Positions 14,801 to 28,117 of a stretch of DNA of 64,000 bases are shown one piece after another (position 1 is the stretch's first letter; each line of letters starts with the position of its first letter). Below the pieces are notes generated by a model. That model did no database searches. It had not been told where the DNA came from and saw only the letters and a program-made list of their open reading frames with translations. The stretch covers positions 63,280,788 through 63,344,787 of the forward strand of contig CM120640.1 in assembly GCA_051362555.1 (NCBI GenBank), read 5' to 3'. The stretch is from Lingula anatina. Lineage: Eukaryota; Animalia; Brachiopoda. A program made the translations under genes and the position numbers.

Positions 14801-15453
14801 GAAGGCTTACTTTCGAATAATTATTGGAAGACACTTTTGTCTTCACAAAAATCGCACAGTTCTGCAATTATTTGTCGGGTATTTTGAAAAAATAACCTAT
14901 TGCCCAGAAGCATGATTGCCGAGTTCACACTAATTTCGGTTGTCAAAAGAGTAGGCCTACATGTATATCCGTAAGCATATAGTGCCCTTTATCAATCTTC
15001 GTCATCTCACTCGGTTTGTCACCGAATTTTCATTAAAAAAGAAGAATATGCGTGTGGTAAGGATGGAAGTAAGTGATAAAAGGTTTTCATAAAAGATTAA
15101 ATGAATTATCGTACCCTGTCAGTGTTATCAGCGTCAGCGACTCTCTTGTTCTGAACCAGTCTGCGTCTACGCGAAGCTAGAAATAAGAACAAATAAAACA
15201 ATAAGCTTAGATCAAAGTGATTTAATACACCGCATCTGCACAGCTTTGATAAACGGAAAACTAACTTAAACTAATTGTTACGAGCACATGATGAGAGAGA
15301 TAGTAAAATAATCAGAAAAATAGCCGAGGCGGATCACTACACTGTGCCAGGAAAAGAGCGAGCAACCGTAAGTAACTTACCGTCAGAATCAGCAAACATC
15401 TGCATCAGTATCATAACCAAAAGCAAAGCCGCAAACATCTTAACCTTTGCCAT
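11900..15453 (-). CDS. Arg-rich secreted prepropeptide, copy 1 (3 exons, intact)
   Basis: Exons 15381-15453, 15115-15176, 11900-11989 with phases 1 and 0. Translation: MAKVKMFAALLLVMILMQMFADSDA-SRRRRLVQN-KR-VADADNTDR-NQLSHKEREMVIDLLKDEIAMNDDDGEED*. TATAAAG at 15541-15547 on the minus strand. Confidence 0.85.
12604..14098. mobile_element. Foldback DNA element with ~550-580-bp inverted arms in intron 2 of peptide gene copy 1
   Basis: AATAAAGGGAACCGGAGAAG... (12604 to ~13182) is the reverse complement of ~13559-14098; the right arm lacks ~40 bp; spacer ~375 bp with no transposase. Confidence 0.9.
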
Positions 15454-17151
15454 GTTGAAGATCACGAGTATCTCTGGATATCGTAGCTTGCCGCGTCTGT
15501 TGTAGAATCGGAATACACTTGTTCCTGCCCAAATACGCCGCTTTATATTGGCCAAGCAGTGAAGTCAATGGTTTACGCATGTGCAGAAAGGGTTTTGGGT
15601 GTTAGGCTTCACGTTTATTCCCATCCTATCTACCCGCCCCTGATGCTATGAAAAATGAATACTCCTTTTCCTCTTGGCGAAACGATCGCAATGTCGCAAA
15701 ATGCATTAAACACGCAGAAAGGTCAATTGGAGTCACATTTTTGTTTTGGCCCTTTTAAGATTCCGTAGACCAATTTCTTTCCTTTTTCACAACACTGGGA
15801 CTTATTTCTCTTTTAGAGAATAATAGAGTTAAAGGATATGTTTAATGGCTGAAATACAGTAGGATTATGAAAAGGTGCTTTCACATGCTTTTCTGTGAGA
15901 TGTTATTTGAAATTTTCGTTTTGATGACACATGAAAGATACTTGCTGACTAATGACTAATTTTCACACATCTTTTACACTTGGGGTTTACTTTGGTTCAC
16001 GGAATAAGGGACATAAGAATTAAATTTTACCAAATGGTTAGAATTTCGATTACTTTTTTAAGCCATAGAAGAGCTGATTGCATGAAGGCATAGGACACTA
16101 TAGTATATTCGACATAAACGCCATCGCACGGAACAGCTGAGTTAAGCAGAGGCACTTCTTCCTCAGCTTGGGCCATATAATATTTGTGTAATAATAATCA
16201 AACTGACGAAATGAAGACAAAATAAATGCAGTTGTTTTTGTTTCTGCTATGTACACAAAAACGCCATACATATAATTGTTTCCTTGATTTTACGGCTTTT
16301 AGCCCCTGCATTTTAATCTTATTTTACATCGATCTGGATTACTTTCAAATCTGAGCAACTGATCATGAGAGTTTTAAAAAATATATGAGAAAGGTGCTTT
16401 GAGGAAAATGGTCTCATGCTGTATAATAACATACATGTACACAAACTAGAAATGGCGTTATACCCTTTATTCGGTTTAAGGGTTGCTTTTCGGTGGAATA
16501 CGAGTAGTCTCTTTCGGTATGCATGGGCATTTATCGCTCGAGTGACAGTGTATTATGTCACACTCAACATACATGAAAATCACTTGGGTTGTTAGGGAGA
16601 AAATATCTTTGACGCCAATATCTCATTTATGTACTTATAGAACGATATAAAACAAATAAAAATAATGGCGGATCAGATGATTGCTCACGCAATAACTATT
16701 TATTAGTTACAGAATTTATGCTCTATGACACCTACAGTAATTCGACATAGACCACGAAAGCCATCGTGGATTGTTAGCAGTCTCTCTTGAGGGATATTAT
16801 TGTTGGTTTTGTCTTCTCAACTAATCACTGCTTTCAGCTCTATTTTAGTTCATTTTGATCTATTTTTGTTTTCCTTCTTCAAAACAATCTTCTAGTATGG
16901 AATTGTCCATGAATTCAACTTTACATGTGAATCATGTTAAATTCTATAAGTAGATTCTACATTCTATGAGAATAAATGCATCTTTAATGAATTTATATTC
17001 TTGCGTGAAGAAAAATACAAGCCAGACAGTCGAAGTTATCTGACAGACCTTTTTTAAGTTAGAAAAGTCAATCTAAAGAATTAAATCGTGTTTGAGTACA
17101 CGTGATGACCTCCGGGTGTCGAAAACTGCCTGCGTGGGTGTCTGATGGCCC

Positions 17152-20100
17152 TTATTCATCTTCTTGGTATCCGTCCGGTTTGTCACCGGGATCGTTCATG
17201 TCGTCCTTGAGCAGATCAATGATCATGTCACGCTCGTGGTCGGACAGCTGGTTCTGAAAACGAAAACAATAAGTATTATTGTAGCTAAAAATTCTTTCAG
17301 TGATTTCAAAATGGTCCCGATTTTTATCGAAAGTTACTCTGATTTTAAGACCTCTGAATCATAGCAAGATACCTCCATGTTTTATCCTCAAAATAAAATC
17401 TTTGAAGGATTTACTGCAAGTTAGAAAATTACGAAATATCTAGTAGGCCTACTGGTACATGTCCCTTCAAAAATTTTGATATTTGAATTTGACTACATTT
17501 ACACATTTAAAATTGTAGCTTAATTGTGCATTTCCATCTGCAGTGTATATGATTAAAAGGATGAATAAGACGATTGTTCACAAAGGACCTATTTATTGCT
17601 GTGAACTCTGATGATGCGTCATTTAAGTCAAAATTGATCACGAAACACATCCCAATTCTCAAAAGTCTTTCGAGATATTACTGGCATACAGCTTTGTCTT
17701 TCAAACAAATCGCATACTTCTGCAATTATTTGTCTGATTTTCAATAAATTCAATCTACCGAGGAGAATCGTGGTTGATGAGTTATCACTGTAGTGAGGTG
17801 TCTTTACTAAACGTCTACATATCCGTCACTGATATAATTCATAAATATTTCTTCTTTATTCAAATCGATCATGTTGCGTTCTTTTTACAGACTTGACATT
17901 TAATACGAAATATTTCAGTTTCGAATGTATGCCTAAGTAAAAAAATGCGTTCTTTTTTCAAAAAACTCCAATCTCATGTAAGATATGTGAATGGAGAAGT
18001 GTGTAGTCAGGTGTGTCGCTTCCAATTAACTGAATACCAGGTTTGTTGCGCTGCTGCATTATGTAATATGCAGTGATTTAATTGGGTAGTGCTCCTTTGT
18101 GCAGGTCAAAGCTTGTCTTTGGCAAAGCATGGTTCTGTCAAAAAAGTACCCATATGTCGACAACTACTGCATAGATGAATTTGAAATTTTGCATGCAGGT
18201 GGTCGGTTTTGCAGGTGGTAAAATGAGCTATGCAGTGCTTTACAAATTTGTTAATCTGTGCAGAATGGCGCGAAAAAGGCAGACATTGCCAGACAGATAA
18301 TCGCGCCAAACGAAACGGACCCCACAGTTTTATAGAGTAATGCCCAGACTGATGTACCTACACAGATGCCACACCCAATGTATTGAAATCTTACCACCAG
18401 AGTACAGGGCCCACTGTTTTTCGGGATATGCTGCCACCAAAACGCATTTTTCAAGGCCCTTAGCGAACACCAAACTGGTTTTACCAGGTTAGAATACCAG
18501 ACGACCTACGAAGAACCCGCTGTAAACAGCAAAACATCGTTGTATGTTTCTCTAATGAACTGGGGACCTTGACCGTTTTTGGGTTGAACACTGAAACCTC
18601 GTGGCTTTCTTTATTAATGTCAGATTTCACCTGTAATGCCCAACTAGTCAAAACAGAGTTTACAGACATCCAGAAGAGGCCAACGACGAAGCGTGTGCCG
18701 CGTCTAAAGTGACTTAGGTCATTAACAGCGTCAGTATTTGGAGTGGATAACACATTGGTGCCAAAACGCCAATGGTAGTCATCGACGAAAACCTGAACCA
18801 GATCAAATAAAGGAATAATCTGGGAACCACTTGACTATCATTTGATAGGGGGCACCTTAGGAACAATTTTAGGTTGCGCAGTGAGATTGCCCGTTCACAC
18901 GGAGCACTTTTAATAGCAGATTACTTGGAGAACCAAGGGAATAAGCAGCTACCTTGGTCATCAAAATCGCCATATTTAAACCACATAGACAATATGTGGG
19001 TAGGCCATTACTCGCCAAATCAATGGCCTACATGTCCTGCAACAAATCTGGACCAAATTGGACAGCTTTTGATCGATGCCTGAAATGTTATTCCAGATTG
19101 AACTCTAAAAACCAATCCCAAGGAAAGCCTTGCCACTTGAGAGCGCTTGTAGCAGCCAGAAGAGGTCAGGCGTAACAGCAACCGTTACTGTGACTAGACA
19201 CTGACATGAGGGTCCTTTGTGGAGCGTGTAACTCTTTTACAGACAATAATTTGGAAAATATGGAGATCCAAAATATCTCTTTTAATGGTTGTCGTATGAC
19301 ATAGAATAGGCAATGTGTTTTTGTTTGCTTCTCTGGCGAATTACATTAATTAACTGATATCAAAATGACATCAAAGAGATAATTCAAAGTTATTAAAACA
19401 CGATTTTAATCCTTGTTTTCATTTATCAGTCAGCAGAATAGGAAAAAACTGATGAAATATGATTTGGAAAATATATTCCATATTAAATGTCAAGTCTGTA
19501 GATACTGTGCGCTGATAGAGAAGTAAAAATTAACTCATTGCCAGCAAAAAAAAAAGCACCATGGTCGTCTGTAATCAAATTGATCATATCATGTGGCGCT
19601 CTTTGTCAGACAGCTGATAATGAAGTAAAAGACTCAAAAACGCAGGTTAACCCGATTGGCCAATCACTTTCATAAATGTTTTATAAAAAACATATGAAAC
19701 TGAGCACCGTCATTGGAAGATGGCACTGACAATGAAAGAAAATGTATTTGATAAAGAGGAAGTAGTGTTAGAATACGTTGATACTAGTAGATTAACATAC
19801 CGTGTCAATGTTTGCAGCGTCAACGTCCACAGCGTCCTCAATTTTCTTTCCATTACGCCTGCGCCTTCTACGTCTACGCCAAGCTAGAAGTAAGAATAAA
19901 TTAATAAAGGTTTTAATATTTTGAATATTCAGAATTCGCACAACATAAACAAATGCATTTAACCCAAATTGATTTGTAGGAAAGCTGATTTTTCTTCATT
20001 TGTTTTAAGAGAGAGAGAGGGAGAGAGAGTAAAATTATCAGAAAAATAAAAACACTGTGCCAGGAAAAGAGTGAGCAACTGTAAGTAACATACCGTCAGA

Positions 20101-20166
20101 ATCAGCAAACATCTGCACCAGTATCATAACCACAAGCAAAGCCGCAAACATCTTAACCTTTGCCAT
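17152..20166 (-). CDS. Trp/poly-Arg secreted prepropeptide, copy 2 (3 exons, intact, amidation signal)
   Basis: Exons 20094-20166, 19801-19883, 17152-17253. Translation: MAKVKMFAALLVVMILVQMFADSDA-WRRRRRRRRN-GKK-IEDAVDVDAANIDT-NQLSDHERDMIIDLLKDDMNDPGDKPDGYQEDE*. TATAAAT at ~20254-20260 on the minus strand. Confidence 0.88.
17888..19498 (+). mobile_element. Decayed Tc1/mariner transposon
   Basis: TIRs CAGACTTGACATTTAATA / TATTAAATGTCAAGTCTG are flanked by TA on both sides. The remnant ORF 18874-19083 contains LPWSSKSPYLNHIDNMW, a degenerate Tc1 WPxxSPDLNPIENxW motif. Confidence 0.88.
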
Positions 20167-20694
20167 GTTGAAGATCACGAGTATCTCTGGATATCGTAGC
20201 TTGCCGCGTCTGTTGTAGAATCGGAATACACTTGTTCCTGCCCAAATACACCAATTTATATTGGTTAAAAACAATGGAGTCAGTCACACTTAATGCTTCT
20301 CTATTACGCTCGCAGACCATGAGATAAATATTTCAATGTTTTCAGGATCACTCAGCTGATCAGGAATGATGCACGACACGAAAATGAGAGTGCATTTCTT
20401 AAATGTCCGTGTTATGACATAAAATAATTATATCATTGTGCCATCGTAATCAGGTAGTTAGCGCTTATTTAATTATGTCCCCATAAATGATTAGTCCCAC
20501 TATATACCGTAATGCAGGGAATTTATGATTGCGTCTTATGAAATTAAATACACAATTCAATGTTAATGCTAAATACATGGAAGAAGAGTTTTGTATTGTG
20601 CAAGTGCATACCTCATTATGTGAAACTAAGTACGACTCAACCCTCACGATCCTTGCAAAAATGCGGATTAATTGAGATTCCACGTAGAGAGAGA

Positions 20695-20728
<34 letters not shown>

Positions 20729-20995
20729 TTGAAGGGGGGGGGGGAACAGCTATCAATGTTCAACCTTTGCAGAACGTGTACATATTCTTATCTGAAATTC
20801 GCATAGTAAGTAAGAAGTAAGTTTGCGAATCTAAGGAAAATGCAAAACGTTGTAGGTTATCTTGCATAATCGTTAAGGTTTTACATTTCTGTGATAAATG
20901 AAATTAAAGAGTTGGAAAAGTCAATCTACAGGACAAAATCATGGTTGTCGAGTACACGTGATGACTTCAGGGCGTCGAAAACTCTGCGTGAGCCT

Positions 20996-21298
20996 TTACC
21001 CATCTTCTTCACCATCGTCATCGTTCATTTCTATTTCATCATTGAGCAGATAGATGATCATTTCGCGTTCTTTGTGAGACAGCTGGTTCTGAGGAAAAAC
21101 ATTTTAGTCAAAAGCTCCAGTGACGATTCCAAGAATGACATCGGGTTTTGCCAATGGTAACAATGATTTTAAGACTCTGAATCCGTTTTATCTTCGAACC
21201 ATACATTTTGGACGATTCACTAAAAACTTGAATGACATGATATCACCACAAGTATTCATGAAAACAATGCCTTAACAACAGGTTAAGTAGCCTGGCCT

Positions 21299-21359
<61 letters not shown>

Positions 21360-22216
21360 GGGGGTGTAGGAAACAGTAACAGAGAGGTGATGAAAGAGGG
21401 TACAAAGGGGAGAAAATGTCAAAATCTAAATATTTTTATCAAAACCAAGATTTTCCTTAAATGACTAATCGACAGTCGAAGTGTTCCATCTCTTTTACAA
21501 AAACAAATTTTCATCGGCAACATATCGAAACCCTCTTATTGTTATTTCATTTAATTCATCATATCTGGCTATACGAATCAAATACAAACTATTTTCGTTT
21601 TCAGGTAGAACCTTCTTCATTCTTACTTTCCTGCGCCTGCGAATAAATTCTATGGGTTTGTTTTCTACGTGTGTTATTTCATTCTTTTTAAAATGGAAAA
21701 GAAAATATATTGAAGGGTTAGTAATCAGTGATAAACAATAACATTGACGGCCTATAACAACAGTTATTTGACATACATATATTGAATAATGTCCTCGGGT
21801 ACTTTCCCTTACCAACATATTCAACAGCAATATTGCTGAAGCGTATAGCGAAAAATTGAAATAATTCTACACATGAACAAGTCCAATACTCGAAGGATGA
21901 TGAGACCTTTTGGCACTGTTTCAGCTTTTTTGTGTAATATTATTATTATTATTATTATTTTCGCACAGATGCTATTGAACCATAGATATTATCATGTCAT
22001 GATTTTACTTTACATCTACCACATATTACATCATCACATACGAAACCGGTCTCGTATAATACACAATAGCATTCAATAACATTATTGCTGGATCGTATAG
22101 CGAAAAATTGAAATAATGATACGCATGAGCAAGACGTGGGTGGGCATTCTTAGTGCTAGCTTTCAGGTGCAATTATCGCCGAAACAAGCCTTTTGGCACT
22201 GATCCCGCATATTTGT

Positions 22217-22260
<44 letters not shown>

Positions 22261-22409
22261 GACTCACAGATGTTGATTTTTGAGATTTTGGTCTCAAGAT
22301 TGAATCCAACAGTATAAAGACGCACAATGTCAAACCATTTGTTTTGTCAGCATGCACTCAGGGTCAGCAGTGCAAAGAATGCAAGGACATTGAAAGTTTG
22401 TCATGGCAT
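20996..22409 (-). pseudogene. Peptide family copy 3, probably pseudogenised
   Basis: Clear exon 3 at 20996-21088 (NQLSHKEREMIIYLLNDEIEMNDDDGEEDG*). An Arg-rich exon-2-like segment at ~21590-21650 (EFIRRRRKVRMKK) has uncertain splice sites. A signal-like stretch MP*QTFNVLAFFALLTLSAC* from 22409 contains stops. TATAAATA near 22485. Confidence 0.55.
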
Positions 22410-23114
22410 GGAATCATCTTTCTCCCAGTCCGCTGCGTTCGTCCTCTCCCCCCTCCCCCTCTGCGACTCCTACCTCTGAGATATTTATACAGTTTAATCC
22501 CAGTTCCATTATAAGATTATAAATTACACAACATGAGTTGTTCTAAGATTATGCCGTCTATTTAGGATCCTAGATTATAAGTATTTGTTATAGTATTTGT
22601 TAAAGAATTGAAAGTCGGCTAATTTCAAAGAGGAAGGGCCATAGACCATAACAGTGCACAACGAAGCAATATACGTTTATTGAATTTATATTATGTCTTT
22701 AACAACACCCAGTTTGAAAAATGAATAAGAAGGTCAGTTAAATGTCTTCGATAAAAATGTCTGCCAGGTACTTTCCTTTACCGATAAGCTTTCCACTCAA
22801 TTTCTGACACTTTTATCTTCTCATCACCAATATTTTGTATACATATTGTAGGTTCCTAACCTTGTTTTATCTTTCTATAATTGTCCAAAAAAAATGAATA
22901 AATATTTGTAGGCATATATACTTCACTCCCACAGTAAAAAAAATTGGAACGAACTTAGACAATTTGTAAACATTATTAACCATCGTATCTCAGAAATTGA
23001 TCCCTTTTCTGATACAGAGACGTAAATCCAACTTTATATCGAAAAAGTTGAATTCTAAAAAGCGCTATAAAAATGTACATATGAATCTCAATAAAAAAAT
23101 CCTGTCATTTCACT

Positions 23115-23569
23115 TCATTCATCTTCGTCATCTATCTCGTCATCATTCATGAATATTTCATCTTTAAGCAGATCCATGAGCATATTTCGCTCTTTTTCAG
23201 ACAGCTGGTTCTGCAAAATAATAATGGTGATAACTTAAGTTAGTATAATGAATGAATGAATAAAAATTCACGTTGTATATGCAGTTCTCTTAAAATGACA
23301 ACAACTGGTCGTTTTAGCTAAAAACAGTTTTTCCCGGGGTAAACGACGATTTCCCCATACTTACCAAAGGATAGTGAATTCATTCCAACATTTAAAATAA
23401 GTGCATTTAAGTGATTTTTGGTATAAGTGCATTTAAGTGATTTTTGGTATTAACTCTTAAGATTGTAATAAAAAACTCTTTGTCACAGACTGGGGCTTGA
23501 TAACAATATTTGACCTACGTATTAGATATTTCTTGGTTCCAAGATTTTCTATTTAGTGACTTTCTATGG

Positions 23570-23626
<57 letters not shown>

Positions 23627-23841
23627 CTACGTTTCGCTTGTCACAAGAACATCATCAGGCTGAATGTTGACATGTCGTTGGGTACGTGCTGGTCGACCTG
23701 TGAATGATTCTCACATTAACTGAATAATATTTCATCTCTTTTGAAACAATATTTAGCATACCGTGTTTGCTGCGTCGTCTTCACTGTCCAAATTCTTTGA
23801 TAAACTTGCTCCTCTCCTTCTGCGCCTCCGCCTCCACCAAG
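23115..23841 (-). pseudogene. Peptide family copy 4: exons 2-3 intact, signal exon missing
   Basis: Exon 2 at 23762-23841 reads (A)WWRRRRRRRGASLSKNLDSEDDAANT; exon 3 at 23115-23210 reads NQLSEKERNMLMDLLKDEIFMNDDEIDDEDE*. The position of exon 1 in paralog copy 5 is occupied by a 4.2-kb TIR element. Confidence 0.75.
23626..23663 (-). ncRNA. Degenerate minimal type-I hammerhead-like motif (Penelope-type)
   Basis: Minus strand tcagc-CTGATGA-tgttc ttgtgac aagc-GAAACGTA-gc. The core is intact but stems I and II are weakened. Confidence 0.5.
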
Positions 23842-23902
23842 CTGCATTTAAAAAAAATGAAAATAATTGTTACATTGAATTTTCAAACTAAACGTCAATG
23901 GA

Positions 23903-26735
23903 AGTCTCTGTAAGGTTCAGAATAGGGTGGCACATGACCCTCTCAGATTTTGATGAAAATTGGTGTATTTGTTCATTATAGCCCCAAACCAACACAATGG
24001 ATATTGGTTTGTTTGAATCACCCTCGGTTACCATGGTAACAGCACTTAAAATTTTTCACCCAAGATGGCGGAATCCAGATTGCAAAATTTCAATTTCAGC
24101 TATATTTGAGCTAAAAAAACCATCAATGTGGATAAATAAACATTTTTCATTTTCAGACATTGTTACATATCATATCCTATTTGAACTAAAAACATATAAA
24201 TAAATGTTTTTGGTGGCCTTTAAAAATTAGAAAAATAACTTTGAAAATGGGGAATTTTCAAAAATTCCAATTTTTGCTAAAATGCCCAAATTTGCAAATT
24301 TCAAATACATTTTTCATAGACTGGCCAAAGCCATCTATTATCACCATACATTACATAAGAAAGTACATGTACTGTCCTTTTATAATCAAAAATAAAATTT
24401 TTTTCAAACACATTTTTCAAAAAATTATTCAATTTTTAAAATTCTTAATCCAAGATGGCGGCAACCAAATTGCACATTTTACATATTTGTGTATATTAAA
24501 AATAACAAACATGGTTAAACACATATTTTATATTTGTATGTTGCTAAATCCCAAATCTTGATTAATTGAAAAACATAAAAAATATTATTTTTTGCTGGCC
24601 TTTAAAAATTAAAAAAATAACTTTGAAAATGGGGAATTTTCAAAAATTCAAAATTTTGCTAAAATGCCCAAATTTGCCATTTTCAAATACACTTTTAATA
24701 GACTGGCCAAAGCCACCTATTATTGACATACATTACATAAGGAAGTACATATACTGAACTGTTTTAATCAAAAATAAATTTTTTTTCAAACACATTTTTC
24801 AAAAAATTATTCAAATTTTAAATTCTTAATCCAAGATGGCAGCAATCAAATGGCAAAATGTCCCTATTTCTGCTTTAAACTAAACAAGCATGGATAAAAC
24901 ACACATTTCATTTTAGTATCCTGCTAAATATTATATCTTGATTTAGTCAAATGCATATTACTTAATATTTTAAACAGTCCTAAAAATTTAGAAAAACAAC
25001 TCTAAAAATGGCAGATTTCCAAAATTTCAAATTTTAGCTAAAATGCCCATATTTTGCCATTTTTAAATACATTTTTCATAGACTGGCCAAACCCACCTAA
25101 TATTGTCATACATTATAAGTAAATGTTTTGAGTTAATATTATAAAAAAATCTTTTTTCAAACATTAAAAAAAAATGCATATTTTTAAATTCACAATTCAA
25201 GATGGCGTCAACCAAATTTTCCATTTTTCGCTATTTCTGCTTTAAAAATGGATTAAAATACAAATTTTGTACTTGTGTCCTGCTAAATAACTTGATTTAG
25301 TCAAAAGCACACAGGTAAATATTTTTGTGATCTTTAAAAAAAACTTTAAAATGATGAATTTTCACAATGGGACAATGGGTGTTAATCTTTCAAGGTCATA
25401 CAATAACAGCAATGTGGTGGTATTCTTTTGGTTGACATCCAATAGTTGAGAAATATCTCCTACCAGTCTCAGCTTCAGTTTCAATCTCTTGTGGACCTTC
25501 TACCACTGTCCAGGAAAAAATTCCCTTATTCATAAACTACTATCTATAATGTGCGTGGATTTAGCAGTGCCCACCCCAGATTAGTTAACATTTTTATTTG
25601 ATTCTTTTAATCGTATATGAATATATTTTAAACAAGTCACAGTGAATTAAAACATGTTTTTAGTCTTTCTTATTTGAAAGAAAATGAGGCATCTTCTCTA
25701 CATAGTAGTAAATTATATGAATATTTATTATGGTGTTCAGCATTTTTGTCACAAACTTAAAATACCAATATATATTTTCCCTCATGCTCCTTGCCCTAAG
25801 GTGTTCATAATTTATTAATTTTGCTAATTTTCTTTTGGTATACAATTTATTTGTAAGAATATTTGTTGTAGGTAAAGTCCATTGGTAACCAGCTACACTG
25901 TTAGAAGTTGTGATATCAAAGCAAAGCAAAGCAGTTATCAATGTTAAGGGTGCCTCAACATGATAGTATTTGATGCATTTTGTCCTGAGAATCATGCATG
26001 ATCATACATTTTGACTAGTCCAACATCTGCCTCAACACTGAGGACTAATTTGGCATGTTACAATCAGGTAGAAAGTATCATTATGATAATTTCCCCTATT
26101 TAAGTTACTATTTACAATTTTAATGTAAAGAGTAAAGTTAGGTCACCTGCTAGTTTTCAGTAAAGAAATATGAGAAAAATTTATGGATAACACAGACTTT
26201 ATGATATCAAAACTGTGGGAGCATTATGCTAAGCAGGACTTGATTAGGTGAGTCTTTAATACAAATAGCATGATTATCAAGGCTTATAAAGTAATGCTAA
26301 CTTGTTTTAGTATTTTTTGTGACTGAAAATCTAATGTACTGCTATATCTTTCCGAGAAAAACTGAGCTGCAAGACTGGTTTGTCAAATAAAGTGCAATAG
26401 TACACACCATATCACTCCCATTCTGAAAGGATAAACTTGGCTGCTTGTATTTGTATTATTTTTAAGGCGATACATACACAAGGACCATTATATTTATCTG
26501 ATCCTATCTGTTTTAACTGACCAAGGCGGTCCACACATTTTAATACTGAGAATGACCTTATTTTAGAACACTATTTTAGAGAAGGGGTGCCTCAAAAGTT
26601 ATGGAGATCGGGCTTTTATAATCTATGCCTCCAAATTATGGAACGCCTTACCAAATTTTATTTGAAAAGCAGTTGACTTTGACAGTTTTAAATCCCTTCT
26701 TAAACTCACATTTTTAAATCTGTCTATATCTCTTT

Positions 26736-26787
<52 letters not shown>

Positions 26788-28117
26788 GTTTTTAGTAGTG
26801 TTAATTTTAAATGGTTTCCAATTGTTTCAGATTTAAATATTGGATTGTAGTGATTTTTTAATGATTTTAGTTATATTATTGTAAGGCGCCTTGAGGTAGC
26901 ACGTAAGGCACCATATCAGAATATTATTATTATTATTGACAGATATCTTTTACATGTCTATTTTATTTTACAAGTTTTTTATTTAGAAACCTGGTTGTGA
27001 AGAACTAGAAATCTCTTCCACTTGTATGAGTACCAATTTCTACTGTATATATTAAGTATTCAAGTAATCTGTTCTGTTATCGACTTCAAGTACCTGAGAG
27101 GGCACGACGGGCCTTACAGGGCGCTGTTTTAAATTGGAGGTAGACCATATTCAAGCAGTAAATAGCCGTCAAACACAAACTCACGTTGAACATCAAAACT
27201 TTATTAGAAAACCTGTATCAAAGTTAACACTGACTGTAATTTAGAGTATAGTAACTGACAGTACTTTACTTATTTGTCGATTATATCGGATATTAACGGC
27301 AACTGCATGCACGTGAGGGAGAAGACGAGGTTTTAGTTTTCTTGATATCCGTAGTTAGTAGTGCCGATTATTTACGACCATAAAGTTCTACCAGTCCTTT
27401 CTTGTGGTTAATTTATGAAAAATTGCATATCATGCCGTAAATAAATAACTGTGTGCATTCTCCTTCCACATACGAAACCGACGGCAATCAGAGCTCCCGC
27501 CATCTTGGATAAAATTAGTTATGTTGTATATAAAAAAAAAACGATGTGCGGAAACAAATACTACACACCAGTCAGCATAAAAACAATCCAAGCAATAAAT
27601 GAACCAGAAAACAAGTGCCATTTATCCAAAAAATATCTATTTCATGAGATAAATAACCTTAATTCAATTTATTTACATCTGAATGAGTTCGTAGTTTAGC
27701 AGTCACCGCTACTGCGCATGCGCAGATGGTCTTTTTCGCGTAGTTTTAGCGTTGATTGTTTTTAATGTAATTTAACCATTTTGTGTTTTGAAAAAAAATT
27801 TATTTCAGTTTTTGGTACCTGAATATATGCTGTAAACATCTTGTATAGCCATCTTACATAACTACGTCGGCCATACGAGTTATTTGTCAGTGAATATGGG
27901 GTTACCTGAACATTTTATATAGAAAAGCATATGGGAGAAAAATTTCAGGCTTAACTATAAAACGCTCTAAAAAATAAATTATTTTAAATATGCAACTTTT
28001 CGGGCTCAATTTATTAGTTTTTAGCATAGTTCTTCACAATAAATTAAAAGAAAACAAAATCTGGGAGGGTCATGTTCCAATGCCCCTATGTTATTTTTCT
28101 GATTCTTACAGAGACTG
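23903..28117. mobile_element. ~4.2-kb non-autonomous TIR DNA element with internal ~380-bp tandem repeats
   Basis: Left AGTCTCTGTAAG...ACATGACCCTCTCAGATTTTG matches the right end CAAAATCTGGGAGGGTCATGT...CTTACAGAGACT. CAAGATGGC recurs at 24061, 24451, 24832 and 25198. Confidence 0.7.
26360..26938 (+). mobile_element. 3' fragment of an L2/CR1-clade LINE nested in the TIR element
   Basis: Degenerate C-terminal motifs HITPILKG*TWL, YGDRAF, KLWNALP and FKSLLK, followed by a TTGTAAGGCGCCTTGAG tail ending in (ATT)n. Confidence 0.75.

Noticed and set aside
21780-22260. ~250-bp two-copy duplication ending in (ATT)n
   Set aside because: Real, but it looks like an ordinary repeat relic with no coding or structural signal.
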